From the NCBI GenBank assembly GCA_046582655.1, contig JAYGDX010000307.1, forward strand, positions 1 to 48,811: 48,811 nt of DNA, written 5' to 3'. Source of the stretch: Candidatus Poribacteria bacterium (lineage in GTDB: Bacteria; Poribacteria; WGA-4E; UBA9662). Made by a program: the position numbers and the translations under genes. Positions 20,919 through 29,713 of the stretch are shown here, in pieces; position 1 is the stretch's first letter; each line of letters starts with the position of its first letter. The notes beneath the pieces are model-generated. The model did not search any database and was not told where the DNA came from. It worked only from the letters and a program-made list of their open reading frames with translations.

Positions 20919-20947
20919 AATTTAATGTATTTAAGATTAGTTGTCAA
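20919..20947 (-). promoter_or_regulatory. Putative sigma70 promoter for the DUF1553 operon
   Basis: On the minus strand: TTGACA (20947-20942), 17-nt spacer, TAAATT (20924-20919). Confidence 0.55.
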
Positions 20948-21109
20948 GGTTTTATAACCAAAATTTATCTAAGTAGAATAGCCAATAGATCTTCAGCTAG
21001 CGAGTTGATCGGCCTTACTGTACATTTTTCTGTTAATATAAATTCAGTAGCTTAAAACTCAAGATGTCTCAAATGAATGAACGAATCTCTTTTTTTTGAT
21101 TGAATCGAT

Positions 21110-22831
21110 TTAACGGCCACGATTGAGATATTCCGACAAAATTTTTTTAGCTGCTAGACTATCTATTTTCTTGAGTGCGTGGGCAGCGGACCAGCGCATC
21201 TGGCTGTCTTTATGGTTTAGCACTTCTTGCAGTATTGGCACAGCATCCACCCCAATACTTCCTAATGCTGAGATAATACCACGACGCACTTCAGCGTTAT
21301 TATGATCTAATGCTTGTTGCAACTCAGGTATGGCCAGTTTTCCAAATCGACCTAGAACATCTATCACGCGAAGCTGCATGACCCGATCTCCATTTTTGAG
21401 GGTGCTGATAAGTTGAGGAATTGACGGGTTTCCAATCAGGATCAAAGCATTAACAACATTATGACGAACCCCTTCATGTTCATCTAGCAAACTCTGAATC
21501 AGCATTGGGATGGCAGCTTGAGCTGGCTGGCCGATTTGCCCAAGCGCATGAGCCACACCTAAACGAATCCACTCATCCTTATCTGACAGCATCGGAATTA
21601 AGCTGGACACTCCAGCCTCAGCCCTAATCCGACCCAGTGCATGGACGGTACTGAGTCGCACCTCGGTGTTCGAATCATTTAAGGTTCGAATGAGATTCGG
21701 CACCGCCATCGTTGCGGATTGGCCAATACCTCCCAATCCGTAGGCAGCATTTGTGCGAATTGCTTGATCAGAATGGGATAGCAGTTCATTTAGCCTGGGT
21801 ACCGCGTTTTTCGCTGCTTGGCCAATACCACCTAAAGCATAGGCAGAAAGTCCGCAAATCAATTGGTCTGGATCATCCAGTAACTCTATCAGATTAGGCA
21901 CTGCAACTTCCGCTGAGGCCCCAACCTGACCTAATGCTAATGTCGCACTTAACCTCAATTTCTGATCTCGGCTCGACAACGTTTGAACTAGTAGGGATAT
22001 AGCTGTTTCCCCAATCTGTTCCAGTGCCTGTACCGCTTTTTTTCTAACAACAAGATCCGTCTGCGACATTTCTTCAAGTAACGCAAGACATGCAGGAGGT
22101 CCAATTCCTTTCAATGCCACGAGAGTGGCCTCCGTTACTTTTTGATCGTTGCTGTTAAGTGTATAGATTAATTTGGGAAGGATTTCGAGAACAGCAGCTT
22201 CAGCTTCAGACGACTTAATTTGGCTTAAAGCATACGCTCCCGTTGCCTGTGCCAAGTCATCTCCTTGTATAAACTGAATTAGGGCAGGAACAACTGTGTC
22301 AACTGGTTGACCGATTCTACCCAAGGCAACTGCGGCATTGGCACGAATTTCCTCTCGATCATCTTTGAGGGCTTGGATTAAGATTGGTGTTACGTTCTGA
22401 GCATCCAGTCCCATCGCACCAATGGCAACAATCGTTGCCGCACGGACTCTGAGATAGCTGTCATCCAAATGATGATTGACGAGAGTGTTGATCAATCGAG
22501 GTAGGATTTGTAATACTGCTGATTTAGCTTGTGCTGTTCCTATTTGACTTAAAGTGTATGCGCTGGCTGCACGAATCAATCCATCTTTATCTTCTAATGC
22601 TTGAATCAAAACAGGGACAGCAGCTACGACAGGTGGATCAATGCGACTAAGGGTATAGGTAGCCTCAATACGAGCTTGGATACTTCCTGATTTAAGTTGT
22701 TGGACCAGTTCTCCAATTGAAGAAGGTTCAAGGTCGGTGACAGAATTCTGACTGTGAGTAGCCAGAGAAGCCCCCAGCCATAGAAGGACTAAAACCAACA
22801 TCAACCACGCGATACGTTTGACCGTTTTCAC
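21110..22831 (-). CDS. HEAT/PBS-lyase repeat protein with an N-terminal signal peptide
   Basis: Many ~31-33-aa repeats (AVPxLIxxLxDxxxxVRxxAAxALGxIG); hydrophobic N-terminus ending LATHSQ; GTG start. Confidence 0.9.
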   Translation of the reverse strand: MKTVKRIAWLMLVLVLLWLGASLATHSQNSVTDLEPSSIGELVQQLKSGSIQARIEATYTLSRIDPPVVAAVPVLIQALEDKDGLIRAASAYTLSQIGTAQAKSAVLQILPRLINTLVNHHLDDSYLRVRAATIVAIGAMGLDAQNVTPILIQALKDDREEIRANAAVALGRIGQPVDTVVPALIQFIQGDDLAQATGAYALSQIKSSEAEAAVLEILPKLIYTLNSNDQKVTEATLVALKGIGPPACLALLEEMSQTDLVVRKKAVQALEQIGETAISLLVQTLSSRDQKLRLSATLALGQVGASAEVAVPNLIELLDDPDQLICGLSAYALGGIGQAAKNAVPRLNELLSHSDQAIRTNAAYGLGGIGQSATMAVPNLIRTLNDSNTEVRLSTVHALGRIRAEAGVSSLIPMLSDKDEWIRLGVAHALGQIGQPAQAAIPMLIQSLLDEHEGVRHNVVNALILIGNPSIPQLISTLKNGDRVMQLRVIDVLGRFGKLAIPELQQALDHNNAEVRRGIISALGSIGVDAVPILQEVLNHKDSQMRWSAAHALKKIDSLAAKKILSEYLNRGR

Positions 22832-23084
22832 AGTTTAGCTTTCTTGGGTATTAGACCTGATTAGAAGACTAGGATAAGTGAAAAGAGTACCATTTACCTG
22901 ATGAAATTCTCTGGCTAGTTTGCTTCCTTAACGTTGATGGAGCCCCCACCATTTCTTCATCAATGTTCAATCAAGAGATCGGTAAGGAGAGTGTGTGCTG
23001 ATCCAAAAAACTCCCCGTTAGGTTGCAGCACTCACAGGGCAAAGGAGTCTTCCTTGCAGTAAGAATCTATATATTATCCTATAA

Positions 23085-23318
23085 TCCAATTTTAATTAGA
23101 CAACCACTGTTGGGTTCGACAAATTAGTGGATTTGCGTATGCTACAAGGATTTTGGTTGGTCTTGAGTGATTACTTCAGGGGAAAACGTGTAGTTCTGAC
23201 AGCAACGGTTGCATTGTCCAGAACCTAGATCTCTGATGGGCTAAAGATAAACCCTATACCATTTAGGGAATCCTAGTCTGAGTAGAGCCTCTTGTCCCCG
23301 GGCATGGATAGACTTGGA
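23085..23318 (+). ncRNA. Candidate rod-shaped structured RNA (6S-like architecture, unproven)
   Basis: Nested complementary blocks: 23118-22/23292-96, 23147-52/23269-74, 23155-67/23241-53, 23176-81/23231-36, 23193-98/23219-24, 23202-05/23209-12. Several wobbles are G-U on the + strand. TATAAT at 23080-85; strong hairpin downstream. Confidence 0.35.
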
Positions 23319-23327
23319 TTTCTGACA

Positions 23328-23369
23328 ATTGTGGTGAAGATTCATACAATAAAGAATCTTCACCACAAT
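23328..23369. terminator. Perfect 16-bp inverted repeat hairpin (likely terminator, possibly bidirectional)
   Basis: ATTGTGGTGAAGATTC-10 nt-GAATCTTCACCACAAT, about 20 nt downstream of the LamG stop codon. Confidence 0.7.
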
Positions 23370-23388
23370 CTAGCCAGTAAGAAAAGAC

Positions 23389-24165
23389 CTATTTCTTGAG
23401 GTATGCCCATGTGGTTGCTAGTTTGCCTTTGGGATCAACGGCAAAAAAGACCCCATTTTCCATATCGGACTTGATTTCATCCAGATCTAGCGCTCGATCG
23501 TAAATTGCCACTTCGTCAATTTTACCGAACATCGATGGCAATCCGGTTTGTGCTTGACCAACATGAAACGCAATGTCCTGGCTGGCGATGTCATTTTTAA
23601 AATCCTTAGACGTGTCGAATTTGCCATCTATATATTGTTTAATGACTTTCCCATCGTAGGTAGAAACAACATGATGCCATTCTTCTAATCCAGGCTCAAT
23701 TTTCTGTATATTCCGTGTTCCTTGCCAACCTGGAAGACCAATCCAAGTTTCAATTTTTGCATTCCCACCGAAGCCGCTCCATTGCATACAGTATCCACCT
23801 GCGTTCCCAGCTGTTCTTCGTCCCATTATATTAGAATCATTCTGATGCTCAAGAGGATAAATCCAAGCTGCCATGGTGATTTCTTTGGTAATATCAAGTT
23901 CATCAGCAGCGTCGACTACAATCTTACAATTCGCATCTGACATTTCAATAGCACCACCAAATTTCCCGTCTTTAACAAGTTTGGCTTTTCCCATTAGTAA
24001 GCCTTCGAGTTTGCTTTTACTCTGATCCTTCACCTTATCTCCTACATCGTCATCAAATGTGAAATACAGTTTTAGCGCAGGATCGTCATTAAGCGCTTGA
24101 GTTAATGGAACAATACTGGTTAACAAAACCAATAGTATTAGACTTAGCACAAGTTTATATTTCAT
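23389..24165 (-). CDS. Secreted LamG-like (concanavalin A-like) jelly-roll protein with a Poribacteria-type C-terminal motif
   Basis: Signal peptide; LYFTFDD, GKFGGAI, ITMAAWI, WHHVVSTYDG, GKIDEVAIYDRAL; ends AVDPKGKLATTWAYLKK. Confidence 0.92.
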   Translation of the reverse strand: MKYKLVLSLILLVLLTSIVPLTQALNDDPALKLYFTFDDDVGDKVKDQSKSKLEGLLMGKAKLVKDGKFGGAIEMSDANCKIVVDAADELDITKEITMAAWIYPLEHQNDSNIMGRRTAGNAGGYCMQWSGFGGNAKIETWIGLPGWQGTRNIQKIEPGLEEWHHVVSTYDGKVIKQYIDGKFDTSKDFKNDIASQDIAFHVGQAQTGLPSMFGKIDEVAIYDRALDLDEIKSDMENGVFFAVDPKGKLATTWAYLKK

Positions 24166-24253
24166 GTTTTTCCCCTGATTTACTTAGAAAAATAGATAAA
24201 GTTTATCTGGGCAGAATCCCAGAATTTTTTCTTGGGTTTGAATTGCTTCTTTC

Positions 24254-25033
24254 TTATCTCTTAAGATTTGCCCATGTTGCTGCCAGTTTACCTTTGGGGT
24301 CAACGGCAGTTGTACCGACCAAGACTTTTTTCATATCAGTTTTGATTTCCTCTAGGGTCAGTGCACGTTCATAAATCGCCACTTCGTCAATTTTACCGAT
24401 CATTGATGGTAATCCAGTCTGCGCTTTACCGATATGGAATTCAACGTCCTGGCTGGCAATTTTTGCTGCAAACTCCTTAGTTGCATCAAGTTTCCCATCT
24501 ACATATTGACTAATCACTTTCCCATCGTAGGTGACAGCTACATGATGCCACTGGTTCAACTCGGGTTCAATTTTCTGTATATTTCGTGTTCCCTGCCAAC
24601 CTGGCAAACCGATCCAGGTTTCCACCTTGGAGTTTTTACCAAAACCACTCCACTGTATGCAATACCCACCTGCATTTCCAGCTGTTCTTCGCCCTAAGAT
24701 GTTGGAATCGTTTTGTTTTTCGGTAGGAAAAATCCAAGCTTCCATCGTAATCGTTTTGGTAATATCAAGTTGAGAAACCGATGGAACTATAACCTGGCTG
24801 TCTGTGTCTTCAAGCAGAACCGCACCACCATATTTCCCGTCCTTGACGAATTTGGCTTTTCCTTTTAGTGTTCCTTTGATTTTGTTTTCACTTTCACCTG
24901 TAGTTTCTCCGCCTTTACCCTCATCAAAAGTAAAATACAACATCAGCGCCGGATCATTAAGTGCCTGGGTTAATGGAGCAATGCTGGTTAATAAAACCAA
25001 TAATGTCAGAATAGAAGCAACATAATATGTCAT
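24254..25033 (-). CDS. Secreted LamG-like protein, tandem paralogue of 23389-24165
   Basis: Same motifs; ends AVDPKGKLAATWANLKR. ATG at 25033 (AGGA upstream) preferred over 25087. Confidence 0.92.
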   Translation of the reverse strand: MTYYVASILTLLVLLTSIAPLTQALNDPALMLYFTFDEGKGGETTGESENKIKGTLKGKAKFVKDGKYGGAVLLEDTDSQVIVPSVSQLDITKTITMEAWIFPTEKQNDSNILGRRTAGNAGGYCIQWSGFGKNSKVETWIGLPGWQGTRNIQKIEPELNQWHHVAVTYDGKVISQYVDGKLDATKEFAAKIASQDVEFHIGKAQTGLPSMIGKIDEVAIYERALTLEEIKTDMKKVLVGTTAVDPKGKLAATWANLKR

Positions 25034-25254
25034 ACTTTGTATTCCTAAATTAATTTTTATTTGCATCTCTTTAAATTCTAAACTCAAATTAATATATTAT
25101 ACACTCACACAAAGCTGATTACAAAAAACTGTTTGTTTTTTTAGTTGATTATGATTTTCTGCTTCAATTGAGGTTTATCCATATTTGCAATTCTACCATT
25201 CTTAGGAATAAAAACGATTCATACAAGATAACTATAGTGAAATCCCTACAATTC

Positions 25255-26028
25255 ATGTACTGGTTATTTTGCTTGATTTTCTGTCTTTGCAGTTTAGGTG
25301 TGAAGGCAAAATCCATTTCAATTTCAGAAGAAGAAATGAGTTTAATCGGGAAAAAAATATTTATCAATGAATGTGCCGGAAAAGTTGAGAACCTGACATC
25401 TTGGAATGTGGGTACGGATTTTGCTTCATTGGGAATTGGTCATTTCATATGGTACCCGTCGGGAAAAGAAGGACCTTTTGACGAAAAATTTCCTAGTTTT
25501 TTGATTTTTTTGGAACATCGCGGGATAGAATTGCCGGCATGGTTACGGGATCCGTCAGATAGAGATTGCCCATGGAAATCTCGTAAAGAGTTCATGCAAG
25601 ATTTACAAGGTTTGGCAATGAGATCTCTAAGAGAACTGTTGATTGACACTATCGCGTTGCAAGTCGAATTTATAGTTGAACGTTTACAAGCCGTTTTACC
25701 CAAGATATTAGAAAGCGCGTCAAATCCAAATCATATTCGACGGCAGTTTTTCCGTGTTGCTGAGTCTCCTATGGGATTTTATGCATTAACGGATTACGTC
25801 AATTTCAAGGGTGAAGGCGTTTTACGTAGCGAGCGTTACAATGGAGAAGGTTGGGGATTGTTACAGGTACTGGAATTGATGTCAGAATTAAATAGTAATG
25901 AAGCAGTGCGAGAATTTGTCAAATGTGCCGAGCGCGTCTTAGCCCGAAGGGTTGAAAACGCGCCTAAAGAACAGGTCTGGCTACCAGGCTGGAGGAACCG
26001 GCTTCGGACCTACATTTCAGATCTCTAG
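25255..26028 (+). CDS. Secreted conserved hypothetical protein, possible lysozyme-like fold
   Basis: Signal peptide from ATG 25255; NECAG...SLGIGHFIWYP, YALTDYVNFKGEG, WLPGWRNRL. Confidence 0.75.
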   Translation: MYWLFCLIFCLCSLGVKAKSISISEEEMSLIGKKIFINECAGKVENLTSWNVGTDFASLGIGHFIWYPSGKEGPFDEKFPSFLIFLEHRGIELPAWLRDPSDRDCPWKSRKEFMQDLQGLAMRSLRELLIDTIALQVEFIVERLQAVLPKILESASNPNHIRRQFFRVAESPMGFYALTDYVNFKGEGVLRSERYNGEGWGLLQVLELMSELNSNEAVREFVKCAERVLARRVENAPKEQVWLPGWRNRLRTYISDL

Positions 26029-26110
26029 CGCCTGACTTTCAAAGAATGTAGTTTTTGCTGAAAGCTAGCAACATCTTAATTCCTCGCTGGGGCAACCGTA
26101 ATTTGTCCTT

Positions 26111-26602
26111 TTACGTGAGTGCCTTCGGCCGCCATAAATTCTGTAATTCACCTTCAATATCAACAGTCAATTGATTCCATTGATCAATGGGCAGCAGAAC
26201 ATGAGCAATGGCTGCTGTTGGCATAAGTTCCATACGTCCTGTCAAAATTGTAACCAATGCTTCGAGTCCGGGATTATGGCCTATTACCATAACTCTCTGG
26301 TAATCATCATTGGTGTCCTGCAGTATGGTGATATATGTTTCTGGCCTCGCATGGTAAAAGGCGGTTTCTAAGGAGACCTTTTTCTTGTACCCAATAGCTT
26401 TGGCGAACAATTTGGCTGTTTTTTTTGCCCGTTTGGCTGTTGAACTGATGATAAGATCGGGGATCAAACTCTGTTGACGTAAAAATTTTCCCATACGCGG
26501 TGCATCCCGTTTGCCGCGTCTGTTAAGTGGTCGGTCATAATCAGACAAGTCTGGGTTGTTCCAACTTGACTTGGCATGACGCAGAATCAGCAGTGTTTTC
26601 AT
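26111..26602 (-). CDS. sixA: Histidine phosphatase superfamily protein, SixA-like
   Basis: MKTLLILRHAKS, DRPLNRRG, SSTAKRAKKT, VIGHNPGL, MPTAA. Confidence 0.9.
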   Translation of the reverse strand: MKTLLILRHAKSSWNNPDLSDYDRPLNRRGKRDAPRMGKFLRQQSLIPDLIISSTAKRAKKTAKLFAKAIGYKKKVSLETAFYHARPETYITILQDTNDDYQRVMVIGHNPGLEALVTILTGRMELMPTAAIAHVLLPIDQWNQLTVDIEGELQNLWRPKALT

Positions 26603-26647
26603 TTGACCCCTTTCCTGAACTTTCCGACTAGATTTATCTGAGATTTA

Positions 26648-26885
26648 CTAGGTTCTGTTGACATTCTAACGTAGCCAGATAAGAGAATTGGTGAGACTCA
26701 GAAAGCCGAGATAATACTGGGCTAACTTCTGGAATCGACTGAATATCCGTCGATAGTTTTTTATCTTAATTGATTGAGCATCCAATTAAGTGCCTTTGCT
26801 TGTGTGGATGCTTGTCATAGTGGCGTAATTGCTGGCGATTTGAGAGCGGAGGAATCACCGCCACTGCTTCATCGGCTTCAATGTT
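26648..26885 (-). mobile_element. IS5-family (IS427-like group) right-end remnant: frameshifted transposase C-terminus plus terminal inverted repeat
   Basis: Minus strand reads AVIPPLSNRQQLRHYDKHPHKQRHLIGCSIN / (1-nt insertion) KIKNYRRIFSRFQKLAQYYLGFLSLTNSLIWLR*, followed immediately by AATGTCAACAGAACCTAG, which is typical of IS5/IS427 ends. Confidence 0.8.
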
Positions 26886-27068
26886 CCGTGTTTGACTGGT
26901 TAGGTTGGACATGATAAATTGCAGTTTGTTCTGCTCAGAACCAATATGGCAGCGTTCTCGGTTGACTTCGTCAATAGCGGTGATCGTTGTTCTGGCGATC
27001 ATCAACTGATAGGGCGTTGGTTCAGTAAATAAAGTCAGTCTGACATAATAGATCGTATTTTTGGCGCT

Positions 27069-29468
27069 TTACTCAAGCTTATATACAGCATCTATACCTA
27101 TCCAGGCAAATCCGCCTTTTTTTAATGCATCATCATCGCTGTCAATAATCATAAGATAAACCTCACATCCAATCAAGTCCGAAACATCCCAGAACTTAGT
27201 GGCAAATGCATCCTGATTTAGCGGCGAAGCTGTTCTTAAGACTTCGTTGGTCAGGGCATCTTTAAGCAAACACTGGTTTGGCTTGAGTGGATCGCGGTTC
27301 CACCCGTTTAGAGAAAGCCCAATCAAACGCCCGGTAATCGTGAACATATCTGATCTCAGAATTCCGGTCGCTTCCTCGCCACCCACTAGCGATTCCGCAT
27401 GAAACTTACCCATTCGGCCCCCTCGCTCTTGGTTAGCTATACCCCAGGCATTACCCTCAACCCGCCAGCCGTCAAGTGTCCCTGTTTCAAAATCACCATT
27501 TGTCACAGCCAGTTTCCCCGTATTATCGTAGTAAAAACTGAATGTTTCCTGAATGTCGCTGCCGGAGGCAAGATAATATTCTCTTTCGGGATAGAAATCC
27601 ATCATCAGTTTGTTTTTGACGCCTAGATCGCGAACGTATATGATCTCGCTGTCCAGTTGGGGGGAGTTCAGCGCCAGCACAGAGCCGTAATATGAGCTGA
27701 CAAAGACCACAGCATTGCTGATCTTTTCTCTTTTAACCGCTCGCTGGACTTTGGCATTGACACCCCAGTAGTCATCTGAATACAATTTGACCAACACAGG
27801 AACATTGATACAAAGGGCGACACACATGCAAAAGCCAATGGCCAGCGACGAAAAATAGCGCAGATCGCCTCTGGATAACTTGGATTGAAACTTCTCCTTC
27901 ACAATATCAGGTGTATGAATGATCCCCCTGGCGGTCAGCAAAATCAGAGGACAGGTCGATTCATACATAAATCTAGGACCGAAGCACCAGCCTTGATACC
28001 AGTAGAAAAAATAGGCAAATGATAAAGAGAACGCCGAAGCGATCAGCAGGTAATCCCACTGGGTGCACCGTCCGCCGGCAAAGAACAGCATGACGAAAAA
28101 TGTACTTGGAATACACCATTCGAAGAGGTACTTGTTCAGGGCATTGAAGTTATTCAGGTTCTGGATCAGCCCTCTCTTCGGAGTGTGAGGTTCCCCCCAG
28201 GCGCTGTGTCCAAAACCTGGATTGTGACCACTGCCCCATAGCACCTCATAGCCGGTAAGCATTGGATGTCCGTTGGTCAGGTAATTGAAACCAGCCAGAA
28301 TGCCAACCATTACGAGAAAACCCGCAAGCATGACCGCAAAGCGCAGTATGTAGGCTCTTTTCTTTGTCAACATCAGGTAAATTGCGTAGAAAGCATAGGG
28401 AAGCCCCATACCAATAGCAGTCAAAATTCGGGCATTTAAGCAGATTCCCAGCGAAACACCAGCGATCAGTGAGTCACTGAGTTTACCCTTTCTAATCGCT
28501 CTAAAGAAAAAAAGAGCGAACAGGGCAGTGAAAAACAGTGATGCATTATGAGAGAAAAATCCCGAGGACATAATAATAACAAATGGCGAAAACCCTCCCA
28601 GCAGCGCGGCTAATCTACCGGTTTTCTCGTCAAAAAACGCTTTGCCGATCAGATAAAAAAGCACTACAGAGGCCGAACCCAGCAATGGATTTATCATCCA
28701 CGGCGCGCCTAGAAGTAAACCGAGCATCAACATGAATGTGTGCCCCGGAGGGTATTCAGAATACCATCTTCCGTTGTTAATATTGTGCGTGAAGTCGAAA
28801 AATTCCTTGTGTTCATGGGATGGGACGGTCAGGTGCCCCGAGAGAAAAATCTTAGCGTGAAAAAATTGATCAATATTGTCCTGAACATGCGGAACATTCT
28901 CAAAGATGAAGTAGGAGCAGAGATTAGTTAATGTGAAGGTAGTGGCAAATACCAGTATGATGAAGTATGCGGGACGAATATTAAGAAAGGCGTGGCTGAC
29001 GGTGCTAAAGTATTTTTCAGGCAGCCATCTACGCAGATAAGCAAGGGCAGGATATGTCCCGAAAAGCACAGACAGTAGCCCCAATGCGGATAGCGTGAGG
29101 TACAAGACTATAGGTAAGCCGTTTCTGGTAGGATACAGCGCAAAAATGAACATGGCAAGCGGTAGTAGGATACTGATAGATCTCCTTGGCGAACGGGTGA
29201 TCCAGACAAAGTTCCTCCGTCCCGAGGATGAGACACACACCAGCAAGATGAGGAAAAGCAGCATAAAAAGGAATATATGCGTCCCAACAGTTGTGACAGA
29301 CCAGTTGAGTATGGGGATGTTTATAGTGACCTGATGACCTACTTCTCCGGATGTAACAATATTGGTGGGTTTCCATGGACTACGGTGTGGAATAGTCAGG
29401 GCAAGAATTAGAATTCCGGCTAGGAGAAAAAGTAGCCTTAAAAATCTGGTCACCATAGTATCAGCCAA
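27069..29468 (-). CDS. GT-C (ArnT/PMT-like, GT39/83-type) polytopic membrane glycosyltransferase with a C-terminal carbohydrate-binding-like domain
   Basis: More than 12 TM segments; PHVQD, YPPG, AALLGGFSPF, FGPRF motifs; soluble C-terminus VTNGDFETGTLDGW...TGILRSDMFTI. Confidence 0.8.
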   Translation of the reverse strand: MADTMVTRFLRLLFLLAGILILALTIPHRSPWKPTNIVTSGEVGHQVTINIPILNWSVTTVGTHIFLFMLLFLILLVCVSSSGRRNFVWITRSPRRSISILLPLAMFIFALYPTRNGLPIVLYLTLSALGLLSVLFGTYPALAYLRRWLPEKYFSTVSHAFLNIRPAYFIILVFATTFTLTNLCSYFIFENVPHVQDNIDQFFHAKIFLSGHLTVPSHEHKEFFDFTHNINNGRWYSEYPPGHTFMLMLGLLLGAPWMINPLLGSASVVLFYLIGKAFFDEKTGRLAALLGGFSPFVIIMSSGFFSHNASLFFTALFALFFFRAIRKGKLSDSLIAGVSLGICLNARILTAIGMGLPYAFYAIYLMLTKKRAYILRFAVMLAGFLVMVGILAGFNYLTNGHPMLTGYEVLWGSGHNPGFGHSAWGEPHTPKRGLIQNLNNFNALNKYLFEWCIPSTFFVMLFFAGGRCTQWDYLLIASAFSLSFAYFFYWYQGWCFGPRFMYESTCPLILLTARGIIHTPDIVKEKFQSKLSRGDLRYFSSLAIGFCMCVALCINVPVLVKLYSDDYWGVNAKVQRAVKREKISNAVVFVSSYYGSVLALNSPQLDSEIIYVRDLGVKNKLMMDFYPEREYYLASGSDIQETFSFYYDNTGKLAVTNGDFETGTLDGWRVEGNAWGIANQERGGRMGKFHAESLVGGEEATGILRSDMFTITGRLIGLSLNGWNRDPLKPNQCLLKDALTNEVLRTASPLNQDAFATKFWDVSDLIGCEVYLMIIDSDDDALKKGGFAWIGIDAVYKLE

Positions 29469-29713
29469 CTACTCATTGGTATTTTCTAGATCGCCCCGAG
29501 AGATCTTGGATCCTAGCCATGATAGCCAGAGCGGGTTCTACCGGAACCTCGGCCCCTTTCAGCTTCATAAGAACATTTCATATTGTGAAGGATATTTATC
29601 GCAAGGTTCAGCTTGATGATCTAGCCTTCAAACTGCTACTGCCAGTTCTTGGCCGTTGCAGCTAGTCATATTCAAAGTCGCTCAGCGCGGTGGAAGATCT
29701 TCCCACTCTCCTT

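Noticed and set aside
22982..23050. Glycine riboswitch-like words (GGAGAG ... CTCACAGGGCAAAGGA)
   Set aside because: Lacks the conserved CCGAAG core, and no gene lies downstream on that strand.
23112..23120. GGTTCGA resembling a tRNA T-loop
   Set aside because: No cloverleaf, anticodon arm or acceptor stem can be built around it.
26766..27005. 79-aa ORF as a real gene
   Set aside because: Chimeric: its 3' half is an IS5 transposase remnant and its 5' half is an unrelated fragment.
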